Positions 1 through 8,400 of a DNA stretch of 64,000 bases are shown in pieces (positions within the stretch are counted from its first letter, which is position 1; each line of letters opens with the position of its first letter). The position numbers were made by a program, and so were the translations under genes. The notes below the pieces were generated by a model. It made no database searches and had not been told where the DNA came from. It saw only the letters and a program-made list of their open reading frames with translations. This DNA is from Candidatus Moraniibacteriota bacterium (lineage in GTDB: Bacteria; Patescibacteriota; Minisyncoccia; Moranbacterales; GCA-2747515): contig CP175956.1 in NCBI GenBank assembly GCA_046116545.1, forward strand, positions 321,734 through 385,733, read 5' to 3'.

Positions 1-498
1 TGATTTAAAGCTTCAAATGCCATTCCTCCAGTAAGAGCTCCATCACCAATAATCGCCACTGCATGTGGTGGATTTTTTCTATCCATATTTGCCCGTTCCA
101 TTCCAATAACTGCACTTATAGATGTCGCACTGTGTCCCACACTAAATGCATCGTATTTACTTTCATCTCTTTTGGGAAAAGGTGACAATCCATCCTTTTG
201 TCGTATAGTACAAAGTTCATCTTTACGCCCAGTCAAAATTTTATGAGGATAAGCTTGATGCCCTACATCCCAAACTAATCTATCACGTGGCGTATCAAAT
301 ACATGATGAAGAGCAACTGACAATTCGACAACTCCCAAATTTGAACCAAAATGTCCTCCAGTCTGAGAAACACTATCAATCAAAAAATCCCTAACCTCAT
401 CACTAAGCTCAGATAATTGACTTATGCTTAATGCACGCACATCTGATGAATTATTTATATCACAAAGTATATTATATTTTTCTTGTTTTTCATTATTC
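1..498 (-). CDS. dxs: 1-deoxy-D-xylulose-5-phosphate synthase, N-terminal part (gene continues beyond window start)
   Basis: Not in ORF track because there is no in-window stop. Reverse translation from ATG (cat at 496-498) gives [92 protein letters not shown]... and then [16 protein letters not shown], matching the conserved DXS N-terminus and TPP-binding region. Confidence 0.8.
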
Positions 499-606
499 AT
501 ATTCATTAATATTAGCAAAATTATCTAATAAAATCCATAAATGTATGCCTCATTTGCATAAATAAATATCTAAATATTTCATCAATAAATTATATATGAA
601 AATAAA

Positions 607-653
607 AAACTCATATATTTCTGATATTTATATATCAGAAATATATGAGTTTT
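607..653 (-). terminator. Perfect 21-bp-stem palindrome (AAACTCATATATTTCTGATAT/ATATCAGAAATATATGAGTTT) followed by T-run on minus strand; intrinsic terminator downstream of 678..1271
   Basis: Inverted repeat read directly from sequence; lies just 3' of the minus-strand ORF stop at 678. Confidence 0.6.
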
Positions 654-677
654 ATCTTTGTGACTTGTTTTATATTC

Positions 678-1271
678 TTAAATTGAATATATCATGCCAG
701 CCTCTTCTGCATTACGCATCCATTCAGGCGTAACTGTAAGTAATTTACTTTTACCCTTTTTCTTCCCTGTCACACCTGTTATATCCATTTTTATCAACTG
801 ATCCTGTTCAGAAACATGAAACTCTCCGAGTTTCTCAATTTCAATTGTCACCGACTCACGATACTTTTTCTTATTATTTTCATATCCAATATAATCTTTT
901 GGATTTAAAAAAGTAATCCTAAATTGTGTTCCCTTAGGAATGACATATGCTACTCTTTTTACTGCCTCCTTAGGAATTAAACCTCTATTCACTTTGCCAA
1001 TGGCTAAGATACTTGACCAACCATTTTTAAAATCAACTGGTTTATCTACGATGAATCGTTGTCCTTTAGCTACACAATAGCTATCATCACACAGAATGGT
1101 TTCCCCATTTATTGAGTCAATAAACCATGATAATGCAACTCCACCAACTAGACAAATGCAACCTGCTATCATAAATATCTTTACAAACTGCCCTAATGTC
1201 TTTTTTTTCATTCTATGCTCTCCATTGTATATTTTTAGAGTAACGACTATCATCACTCTGGATTTATTCAA
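678..1271 (-). CDS. hypothetical membrane-anchored protein (N-terminal TM helix, soluble C-terminal domain)
   Basis: 197-aa ORF; hydrophobic segment LGQFVKIFMIAGCICLVGGVALSWFI; no recognisable catalytic motif. True start may be the internal M at MKKKTLGQ (about 1211). Confidence 0.45.
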   Translation of the reverse strand: MNKSRVMIVVTLKIYNGEHRMKKKTLGQFVKIFMIAGCICLVGGVALSWFIDSINGETILCDDSYCVAKGQRFIVDKPVDFKNGWSSILAIGKVNRGLIPKEAVKRVAYVIPKGTQFRITFLNPKDYIGYENNKKKYRESVTIEIEKLGEFHVSEQDQLIKMDITGVTGKKKGKSKLLTVTPEWMRNAEEAGMIYSI

Positions 1272-1385
1272 ATATTAAAAAACCATACTATACAATAGCA
1301 TATTATATCCAATTTGTCAAATCTACTGCTTGAATACCTACTTTAAGATTTCATTGTATACGCTATTATATTATACTTTTTCACT

Positions 1386-2648
1386 TTGACTTTTACTACT
1401 AAATCACATAAAGTAACAGATATGCATACAGATACTATAAAAAGAGATTACGATATTTTTACACGAGATGAACGACTTGTTTATCTTGATTCTTCGGCTA
1501 CTTCATTAACTCCCAGAGTAGTTACATCTAAGATCTTAGAATACTATAATTCTTATAATGCTAACGTTGCAAGAGGTGCTTACAAATCTAGTGCAAAGGC
1601 AACTGAAGAATTTGAGAACTCTAGACAAGTTGTCGCTAATTTTATTGGTGCTGACTCTGACGAAATTATTTTTACTTCTGGCACAACTGAAAGTCTTAAT
1701 CTAGTTGCTCATGGTTTAACAGATTATTTATCTTTTGGTGATAATATTATAACCACTGAGATGGAACATCATGCAAATTTTTTACCATGGCAGCAACTAG
1801 CTTTACGCTCTGATGCTGATTTTATAGTAACACCCATTACAGATGCCGGACTTCTTGATATTGAAAAACTTTTGAAATTAGTAAATGAAACTACAAAAAT
1901 TTTTGCTTTTACACATGTTTCTAATGTGCTCGGAACTATAAATCCTATCAAAGAAATTATACAAAAGGTACGTGCAAAAAATCCCAATGTTATAATCGTT
2001 ATAGACGCTGCTCAATCAGTTGCTCATTTACCAATTGATGTTGTTGATATTGACTGTGATTTTTTAGCTTTTTCAATGCATAAATTATTTGGACCTACTG
2101 GCGTAGGCGTTCTTTATGGCAAAAAAGATAGATTGGAAAAACTAACGCCTCTCATAACTGGCGGTGAAATGATAGAAGAAGTAACAACAACATGTACAAA
2201 ATTTAGAGAGTTACCTTATAGACTTGAAGCAGGTACTCCTAATATAGCTGGAGTGATTGCATCTGGTGCAGCAATTGAATATGTAACTGATATAGGGCTT
2301 GAAACAATTAGAAATCATGAAAAAGAATTGTTAGTTTATTGTACTAATAAACTGACAACAGAATTTGGTAATGATATAAAAATATTTGGACCTACTGATA
2401 TAAATTTACGTTCTGGTGCAATAAGTTTCACATACAAAAACTATCATCCTCATGACATTGCTTCGATACTAGATGACAAAAAAAATGTAGCCATAAGATC
2501 AGGACAACATTGCGCGATGCCTCTTCACCTAGAAACTTTAAAGGTTTCCGCAACTGCACGAGTAAGTTTTTCAATTTATAACTCAAAAAAAGATATTGAT
2601 AAATTAATTGAAGGACTGCAAGAAGTTGATGATATTTTAAAACACTAA
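1386..2648 (+). CDS. sufS: cysteine desulfurase, SufS/Csd family (class V aminotransferase)
   Basis: 420 aa; PLP-lysine motif SMHKLFGPTGVGVLYGKK, RSGQHCA active-site cysteine loop, followed by sufU- and sufT-like genes. Confidence 0.9.
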   Translation: MTFTTKSHKVTDMHTDTIKRDYDIFTRDERLVYLDSSATSLTPRVVTSKILEYYNSYNANVARGAYKSSAKATEEFENSRQVVANFIGADSDEIIFTSGTTESLNLVAHGLTDYLSFGDNIITTEMEHHANFLPWQQLALRSDADFIVTPITDAGLLDIEKLLKLVNETTKIFAFTHVSNVLGTINPIKEIIQKVRAKNPNVIIVIDAAQSVAHLPIDVVDIDCDFLAFSMHKLFGPTGVGVLYGKKDRLEKLTPLITGGEMIEEVTTTCTKFRELPYRLEAGTPNIAGVIASGAAIEYVTDIGLETIRNHEKELLVYCTNKLTTEFGNDIKIFGPTDINLRSGAISFTYKNYHPHDIASILDDKKNVAIRSGQHCAMPLHLETLKVSATARVSFSIYNSKKDIDKLIEGLQEVDDILKH

Positions 2649-2656
2649 AAAATGTA

Positions 2657-2679
2657 GTGACACCCCTTGTGGGTGTCAT
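2657..2679 (+). promoter_or_regulatory. hairpin GTGACACCC-CTTGT-GGGTGTCA immediately after the sufS stop
   Basis: 9-bp inverted repeat read from sequence; sits between sufS and sufU, adjacent to the GGACAG repeat copy. Confidence 0.4.
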
Positions 2680-2706
2680 GGACAGGCACAAAGCACTGTC
2701 CCTACA
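2680..2706. repeat. GGACAGGCACAARGCACTGTCCCTACA palindromic repeat, copy 1 of 3
   Basis: Near-identical 27-nt sequence at 2680-2706, 51936-51962 and 57231-57256 (the third copy carries a compensatory change that keeps the GACAGG/CCTGTC stem); all intergenic. Confidence 0.7.
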
Positions 2707-2716
2707 ATCTAATCAT

Positions 2717-3094
2717 ATGGACCTATACCAAGAAGAAATACTAGAGCACTATCATGAACCACATAACAGTGGTAGACTTGATAATCCCACACATGAACAT
2801 TGTGCAAACAATCCCACATGTGGTGATAAAATCTGTGTAACTATTGATATTATTAATGACCATATTAATGATATCAATTTTACAGGAGACGGCTGTGCAA
2901 TATCACAAGCAGCAACTTCTATGATTACAGATGAAATTAAAGGAAAAGAAATATCCTATGCTCTCAAATTAACTAGAGATGATATAATAGAATTATTAGG
3001 AATCGAAATAGGAATGGGCAGGATAAGATGCGCACTACTAGGAATAGAAACAATTCAAAAAGCAATTGAATTTGGAAAAATCAATAAAGAATAA
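2717..3094 (+). CDS. sufU: Fe-S cluster assembly scaffold, SufU/IscU (NifU N-terminal domain) family
   Basis: ORF 2657..3094 starts with GTG and overlaps two hairpin elements; the ATG at 2717 (MDLYQEEILEHYHEPHNSGRL...) is the likely start. Conserved GDKICV...GDGCAISQA...MGRIRCALLG cysteines typical of SufU/IscU. Confidence 0.8.
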   Translation: MDLYQEEILEHYHEPHNSGRLDNPTHEHCANNPTCGDKICVTIDIINDHINDINFTGDGCAISQAATSMITDEIKGKEISYALKLTRDDIIELLGIEIGMGRIRCALLGIETIQKAIEFGKINKE

Positions 3095-3109
3095 CTCGCT
3101 ACAAACACC

Positions 3110-3201
3110 CGTCTTTGCGAGGAGGTACGACGAAATATTCTCTATAAGTTTTATATAATCTGTACGAGATTGCCACGTCGACTACCGTCTCCTCGCAATG
3201 A
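3110..3201. repeat. MITE-like element, family GTCWTTGCGAGGAGGTACGACGAA...(TIR), copy 1 of 4
   Basis: Left end GTCTTTGCGAGGAGGTACGACGAA, right end reverse-complement GTCATTGCGAGGAGACGGTAGTCGACGTGGCAATCTC; homologous copies at 6469-6586, 29231-29333 and 58297-58389 (inverted orientation). Sits between sufU and sufT and overlaps the spurious N-terminal extension of ORF 3170..3517. Confidence 0.7.
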
Positions 3202-3214
3202 CACTAAAAATATC

Positions 3215-3517
3215 ATGAAAAAAGATAAGAACTTAATAAAAAAACTAGACGCAGTCATTGACCCTGAATTAAACATCCCCATAACAGAAATGGGTCTAAT
3301 TTATGGTGCCGAACAAATTGATACTGAAAATATTAAAATCACTATGACACTCACAACAATAGGATGTCCCCTATACGAAGTGATTCATGATGATATTGTA
3401 CGTGTATTAAAAGAAGATAAAAATATCAAAGAAGTGAAAATAAAGCTAACCTTCGACCCACCATGGTCCCCAGAAATGATGACCGACAGTGCAAAAATGG
3501 AAGTTGGACTTTTGTAA
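3215..3517 (+). CDS. sufT: SufT-like Fe-S assembly protein (DUF59/MIP18 family)
   Basis: MKKDKNLIKKLDAVIDPELNIPITEMGLIY...TMTLTTIGCPLYEVI...KIKLTFDPPWSPEMM matches the DUF59 signature; ATG at 3215 chosen because the upstream extension lies inside the MITE-like copy. Confidence 0.7.
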   Translation: MKKDKNLIKKLDAVIDPELNIPITEMGLIYGAEQIDTENIKITMTLTTIGCPLYEVIHDDIVRVLKEDKNIKEVKIKLTFDPPWSPEMMTDSAKMEVGLL

Positions 3518-3526
3518 AACTTCGTA

Positions 3527-3566
3527 GCAACCAGGTCGCTAAGCCTAACGACTTGGTTGCTTTTTA
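3527..3566 (+). terminator. rho-independent terminator of the suf operon (GCAACCAGGTCG...CGACTTGGTTGC + TTTTT)
   Basis: 12-bp GC-containing stem, 10-nt loop, followed by T5 on the plus strand, 10 nt after the sufT stop. Confidence 0.75.
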
Positions 3567-3662
3567 GATTTTTGTAACCAAAAAAATATATCTTTTTTAT
3601 TACAGACTTATTTTACCAAAACAATTTACTGCCTATAAAAAACTACTATATTTTAAAGACAT

Positions 3663-3686
3663 GTCATACCTGCGTAGGCAGGTATC
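3663..3686. repeat. 24-nt palindromic repeat, family GTCATTCCYGCGAAGGCRGGAATC (variant GTCATACCTGCGTAGGCAGGTATC), + orientation
   Basis: Hairpin ATACCTGC-GTAG-GCAGGTAT; sits 7 nt downstream of the GIY-YIG gene stop; inverted relative to the copy at 3997-4020. Confidence 0.7.
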
Positions 3687-3692
3687 TTATAC

Positions 3693-3977
3693 TCACAGAG
3701 TTTCATATAAATCCTTCCAATAAGGATTCTCTTTTTCTATCAAGTTCACCTTCCATTCCCTTTTCCATTTCTTCAACTGTTTTTCACGCAATAAGGCAGA
3801 ATTAACATCCGTAGTTTGTGCAAAATATACCAATCTGTGCACGAAATATTTTTTTGTAAATCCATCTACAACATTATTTTTATGTTCCCAAACTCTTTTT
3901 TGCAAATTAGAAGTAACTCCAATATACAATATGCCATTTTTCTTACTTGCTAAAATATATACACAATACTGTTTCAT
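3693..3977 (-). CDS. GIY-YIG nuclease family protein (small stand-alone GIY-YIG domain, COG2827-like)
   Basis: MKQYCVYILASKKNGILYIGVTSNLQKRVWEHK... carries the GIY-YIG hallmarks (Y-x-Y...YIG...R...E). ORF track extends to 4022 with a TTG start across the palindromic repeat; the ATG at 3977 is preferred. Confidence 0.75.
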   Translation of the reverse strand: MKQYCVYILASKKNGILYIGVTSNLQKRVWEHKNNVVDGFTKKYFVHRLVYFAQTTDVNSALLREKQLKKWKREWKVNLIEKENPYWKDLYETL

Positions 3978-3996
3978 ATTTATTATCTTACAGAAA

Positions 3997-4020
3997 GATT
4001 CCTGCCTTCGCAGGAATGAC
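3997..4020. repeat. 24-nt palindromic repeat (GATTCCTGCCTTCGCAGGAATGAC), - orientation
   Basis: Reverse complement of GTCATTCCTGCGAAGGCAGGAATC; hairpin ATTCCTGC-CTTC-GCAGGAAT. Confidence 0.7.
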
Positions 4021-4086
4021 AAATCTTAATATTTATCCCTACACAACAATAACCACTTCTAGTAATGAAGCATACTTTGCCCGATT

Positions 4087-4110
4087 GTCATGCCTGCGAA
4101 GGCAGGTATC
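4087..4110. repeat. 24-nt palindromic repeat (GTCATGCCTGCGAAGGCAGGTATC), + orientation
   Basis: Same family; about 65 bp upstream of the previous copy. Confidence 0.7.
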
Positions 4111-4124
4111 TTATATTTGTAAAA

Positions 4125-4580
4125 TTAATTAAAATATTCCTTTAATTTTTCATCAGAATATTCAATTTCACCTTTATTATCAAGTTTTTTTATTTTTTCA
4201 AAATCAGAGGTGATTTTAGAAATTAAAACCTTATTTTTCTTGTTACAATTTGAAATAACAATCTGCTCAGTTTTTCTTCTTATAGTTAAAATTGTGTATC
4301 TCGGTCTTGAACTATAATCCATAATTGTCTTTGTGTTTCTAGAAAATATTTTCTTTTTTAACAACAAAATAGAATTGAAAACAAATGAAGTATTTGAAAC
4401 TGCACTAAAGTAGTCATTGTTTAGCAAGTCAATAACTATTTGAACATCAACAGCACCTGCAACTATTCCATTCGTCCTATTTTTCTCAAAATTCAAATTA
4501 TCTTTTCCAAAAACATCTTCAAATATTTTTATCTCATCCTTATCAATTTTTGGCGTATATATAATATTTAATTTTGACAT
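4125..4580 (-). CDS. hypothetical protein
   Basis: 151-aa ORF, no motif I can assign. Confidence 0.4.
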   Translation of the reverse strand: MSKLNIIYTPKIDKDEIKIFEDVFGKDNLNFEKNRTNGIVAGAVDVQIVIDLLNNDYFSAVSNTSFVFNSILLLKKKIFSRNTKTIMDYSSRPRYTILTIRRKTEQIVISNCNKKNKVLISKITSDFEKIKKLDNKGEIEYSDEKLKEYFN

Positions 4581-4599
4581 ACTATATTAAATTAATTCA

Positions 4600-5109
4600 T
4601 TAACTAACTTTTGTGTCAAAAGCATTATAGTATTCTTTTATACTAGGTATATTTTTACCAATAATATTTTCTGAAAAATACTTTTTATTTTCTAGTTCTC
4701 TTTCAACACTTTTGTCTATATCCTTCCGTTTGTCCCAAATGGTACTGGCTATTTTTGATGAATCCATTTTCGAATCTTGTAAAAAATATTCATTCATTAA
4801 TACTTGCGAAAAATCACTAATCATGACAACTTCATCTTTCAGAGATGAACAAGACTCTGCAGCAATGTAAATTTTTTCGATAAGTCCTTCATCTGCTTGA
4901 ATATACATTTTTGCATTTATCATTCCTGCGATAAATAATAATTCTGCATCACTATCATATTCATCATCAAATTTAATTTTTACAGTCTTATACACATTTG
5001 TTATATTTTTTGGAATTAAATGAAAATTACCACCCCTCAATACAAATAAAAATATTTTCCAAGCTATAAATATTACTAATATTATAAAAATCCCCCAAAT
5101 AAAATTCAT
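4600..5109 (-). CDS. hypothetical membrane protein (N-terminal TM helix)
   Basis: 169 aa; MNFIWGIFIILVIFIAWKIFLFVL hydrophobic N-terminus. Confidence 0.4.
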   Translation of the reverse strand: MNFIWGIFIILVIFIAWKIFLFVLRGGNFHLIPKNITNVYKTVKIKFDDEYDSDAELLFIAGMINAKMYIQADEGLIEKIYIAAESCSSLKDEVVMISDFSQVLMNEYFLQDSKMDSSKIASTIWDKRKDIDKSVERELENKKYFSENIIGKNIPSIKEYYNAFDTKVS

Positions 5110-5169
5110 AATGTTTTTTAAAAAATAAATTATTTTCTACAATTTGTTTTTACGTGTAATAAAGACTCC

Positions 5170-6363
5170 TTAAGCATCAATCCACTTTCCCTCCTTCTTA
5201 ATAAGTTCAATCAAAGCGTCAATTGCTCCTTCTTCTGGGATGTTGTATTCTATTACTTCTTTGTTTTTGTATAGGCTGATTTTGCCTGGTGCCCCACCAA
5301 CGTAACCAAAGTCTGCGTCTGCCATTTCTCCTGGGCCGTTTACTATGCAACCCATTACGGCGATTCTTAACCCTGTAAGGTGTCCTAGTCTTTCTTTGAT
5401 TTGTTTTGTTACTGTTTCTATGTCAAACAATGTTCGTCCGCATGATGGGCATGATATGAATTCTGCTTTTGTAATTCTTCTTTGAGTTGCTTGTAGTATT
5501 GTGAAACACACTGGTATCTCGTCCTCTGGCGGTTCTGTAAGTGATACTCTAAGTGTGTCTCCTATCCCCTCCATCAATAATGTTCCAATCCCAAGAGTTG
5601 ATTTTGCACGACCATCATCTTGACTACCAGCCTCTGTCACACCTAGGTGAATTGGATAATCCATCTCTTCGGCGTCCATCTTATCAACCAAGATTCTATT
5701 TGCTTCTATCATTATCATCGGATCAGATGATTTGATAGCTACTACTATATTATGATAATCATGTTTTTTGAAAACTCTCAAATACTCCATCACACTCTCT
5801 GCAAGTCCAAGTGGTGTATTGCCATAACGAGCAAGGACTCTACCAGAAAGTGAACCCCAGTTTGTTCCAATTCTAATAGGCTTCCCCGTCTCTTTTAATT
5901 TATCTATAAATGGTATTAAACCTTCTTCTATTCTTTCTAATTCTTTAGCATATTCTTCATCTGTTAGAATTTTGTCGTCATTTGCTCTAGAGTCTAATAA
6001 ATTTCCAGGATTCAGTCGAATTTTATCAGCCTCTTCAAGTGCTGCAAAAGCTGCTTTTTTATCAAAATGAATGTCAGCAACAAGTGGTACTGTGCAATCA
6101 TAATCATTTAACAATTTCTCTTTAATTTCTTTCAATGCCTTTACATGTTTAACTGTCGGAGTTGTTAATCTCACAATCTCACTTCCAGCATCTACGCATC
6201 TCATAATCTGAGCAACTGTCGCATCAATATCAAGTGTATCAGTATTTGTCATAGTCTGTACAACAACTGGATTATCTCCACCAATAGCAATATTACCTAC
6301 TTGTACAACTCTTGTTTTTCTTCTTGGTTTTAATGCTTTGAATTCATCGTAATTGTTTGTCAT
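5170..6363 (-). CDS. ispG: 4-hydroxy-3-methylbut-2-en-1-yl diphosphate synthase (MEP pathway)
   Basis: 397 aa; N-terminal TIM-barrel region (VQVGNIAIGGDNPVVVQTMT) and C-terminal 4Fe-4S cysteine motif CPSCGRT...MGCIVNGPGEMADADFGYVGG. Confidence 0.9.
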   Translation of the reverse strand: MTNNYDEFKALKPRRKTRVVQVGNIAIGGDNPVVVQTMTNTDTLDIDATVAQIMRCVDAGSEIVRLTTPTVKHVKALKEIKEKLLNDYDCTVPLVADIHFDKKAAFAALEEADKIRLNPGNLLDSRANDDKILTDEEYAKELERIEEGLIPFIDKLKETGKPIRIGTNWGSLSGRVLARYGNTPLGLAESVMEYLRVFKKHDYHNIVVAIKSSDPMIMIEANRILVDKMDAEEMDYPIHLGVTEAGSQDDGRAKSTLGIGTLLMEGIGDTLRVSLTEPPEDEIPVCFTILQATQRRITKAEFISCPSCGRTLFDIETVTKQIKERLGHLTGLRIAVMGCIVNGPGEMADADFGYVGGAPGKISLYKNKEVIEYNIPEEGAIDALIELIKKEGKWIDA

Positions 6364-6468
6364 ATGTTTTATAACTAAATACTTACATTACTATAAGTTT
6401 ACGAAAGAATAGGCCCATTGTCAAAGCATAAATAATAATTTTTTATCTAAAAGCTTACTTAAAGATAA

Positions 6469-6586
6469 CGTCTTTGCGAGGAGGTACGACGAAGCAATCT
6501 CAAACGTGTATACTAAATATAGACTTACACCGATTGCTTCGCTAATCACATAAAATATCACCACTGCTCACAAAGACGCTAGCAGT
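6469..6586. repeat. MITE-like element, copy 2 of 4 (in the ispG/manC divergent intergenic region)
   Basis: GTCTTTGCGAGGAGGTACGACGAAGCAATCTC...GATTGCTTCG...CTCACAAAGAC; nested inverted repeats read from sequence. Confidence 0.7.
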
Positions 6587-6670
6587 TTCCTGTAAAGTTA
6601 CTTTTCATGAAAATGACAACTATAGTAAAAAAATGATATAATATACCAGTAAAAATATATATTCAAATAA

Positions 6671-7747
6671 ATGCAAAATAACTACATAGTAATAATGGCA
6701 GGTGGAAGTGGGACTCGTCTCTGGCCACTGTCTCGCAAAGAAAATCCAAAACAGTTTCAATGTCTGACAAGTGATGAAGATACTTTAATTCAAGAAACAT
6801 ACAAGAGAGTTTATCCGCTTGCAGATGCTGATAAAATATTTGTTTCTACAACGGCTCAGTATGCTGATTTGGTTAAAGAGCAACTTCCTAACTTACCCGT
6901 TGAAAATATCATCATAGAGCCTTGTGGTCGCGATACAGCGCCTGCTATGGGACTTGTGGCTCATACTATATACAAAAGAGATAAAGATGCTGTGATAACA
7001 ACTACACCGTCTGATCATGCAATTAAAAATCCTGAAAATTATGTTTGTACAGTTCAGACAGCTTTAAAAGTAATTGGAGATTATCCTGAAAGATTTGGAC
7101 TCATAGGAATTAATCCTACTGAGCCTAGCACTGAATTAGGCTACATCCAACTTGGCGATGAATTAAATAAAAAATATAAACATAAAGTATTTGAAGCTAA
7201 TGCATTCAAAGAAAAACCTGATGCTAAAACAGCAAAGGAGTACTTATCACATTGGTCATATTTATGGAATGCTGCTTATTTTGTTTTTAAAGCATCTACA
7301 TTTATCGAAATGATGAAAACTTATACACCTCATATTTTGACTGCACTAGATGAAATGGATGGAAAATCAGAATCTGAACAAAATGATATTTACAAATCAC
7401 TTCCCCGTGAACCTGTTGATACTGTTATTTTAGAAAAACTTTCCAAAGAAGAAAGATTTGTTGTCCCTGCTGATTTGGTTTGGAGTGATGTAGGAAACTG
7501 GAGAACATTACATGAATTTTACCAAAATGGTGATAGTAATGTATCTCGAGGATCTGTCCAAAAAGTTGATACTGAAAATTGTTTAATATTTGGTAAAAAA
7601 TCAAAAACTATTGCAACGATAGGATTGAAAGATATTATTGTCATTGATACTGATGATGCAATACTTATTGCACATAGAGATAAAGTGCATGATGTCAAAA
7701 AGATTATTGAAAAACTCAAAGATGACGATATGGAAGAATTATTATAA
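6671..7747 (+). CDS. manC: mannose-1-phosphate guanylyltransferase (GDP-mannose pyrophosphorylase)
   Basis: 358 aa; N-terminal nucleotidyltransferase motif IVIMAGGSGTRLWPLSR...PKQF typical of ManC/CpsB. Confidence 0.8.
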   Translation: MQNNYIVIMAGGSGTRLWPLSRKENPKQFQCLTSDEDTLIQETYKRVYPLADADKIFVSTTAQYADLVKEQLPNLPVENIIIEPCGRDTAPAMGLVAHTIYKRDKDAVITTTPSDHAIKNPENYVCTVQTALKVIGDYPERFGLIGINPTEPSTELGYIQLGDELNKKYKHKVFEANAFKEKPDAKTAKEYLSHWSYLWNAAYFVFKASTFIEMMKTYTPHILTALDEMDGKSESEQNDIYKSLPREPVDTVILEKLSKEERFVVPADLVWSDVGNWRTLHEFYQNGDSNVSRGSVQKVDTENCLIFGKKSKTIATIGLKDIIVIDTDDAILIAHRDKVHDVKKIIEKLKDDDMEELL

Positions 7748-7786
7748 AAATAAAAAAACACTTATTTTTAAATAAGTGTTTTTTTA

Positions 7787-8236
7787 TTATGCTTTTTGTA
7801 TAAATGCTACTCCGTAAACATCAATGTCGTCATCACATAACCATCCATACGTAGTTCTAGAATCCATAGATTGTTTTCTTTTTCCATCTTCCTCCCATAT
7901 ATCATAACGTCCCTCAACCCAAAGGCAAGTCTCTTTTTTATCTGTAACTTTTTTAATATAAGCACCATCACATTTACTATGAAAACACTCAAAAGCAATT
8001 ACATCTCCAACATTAAAATCAGATGCTGGAACTACATCTATCAATACATCATGACCAAATCCAAGATGCTCCATAGAATGTCCTTCTACCTGATATGTTT
8101 TTATATTGTCTACGTCATAAACAACCTTACCAGCAATCTCAGCTGATATATCATTTGCACTGACTTCACCGGCAAGTACGCCAAAAGGAAGCATTGTGCT
8201 AAACAAGAATATAATAATAATACTAATGTAATACAT
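7787..8236 (-). CDS. signal peptidase I-like (S26/S24 family) membrane protein
   Basis: 149 aa; N-terminal TM; catalytic-serine box VEGHSMEH (GDSM-like) and downstream S-x-DSR-like MDSRTTYGW. Confidence 0.5.
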   Translation of the reverse strand: MYYISIIIIFLFSTMLPFGVLAGEVSANDISAEIAGKVVYDVDNIKTYQVEGHSMEHLGFGHDVLIDVVPASDFNVGDVIAFECFHSKCDGAYIKKVTDKKETCLWVEGRYDIWEEDGKRKQSMDSRTTYGWLCDDDIDVYGVAFIQKA

Positions 8237-8400
8237 AATTCTATAAATTAATATTTATAGTCTAATTGCAATATCTATTTGCAATTAACAAATTACATTA
8301 GCACATTTTTGTTTTTATGTCAATAGCTCATTTTTCCCCCAATTTTGATGCCTCTATTTATAATACAAATAGAATATTAACTATATTTCAAAAATACTCC

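Larger units (their letters stand above)
3663..4020. mobile_element. putative small mobile cassette: GIY-YIG gene bracketed by inverted copies of the 24-nt palindromic repeat
   Basis: Repeat copies at 3663-3686 (+) and 3997-4020 (-) are in inverted orientation directly flanking the 285-bp GIY-YIG ORF; a third copy lies at 4087-4110 and an ORF-less inverted pair at 48029-48108. Confidence 0.4.

Noticed and set aside
1096-1278. ORF 1096..1278 (+), 60 aa
   Set aside because: It is fully antisense to the 678..1271 gene and has no RBS or motif, so it is likely spurious.
3947-4132. ORF 3947..4132 (+) and the N-terminal extension of ORF 3693..4022
   Set aside because: Both are composed largely of the 24-nt palindromic repeat copies (translations contain PAFAGMT / CLRRQVSY from the repeat). 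The GIY-YIG gene has a clean ATG at 3977 downstream of the repeat.
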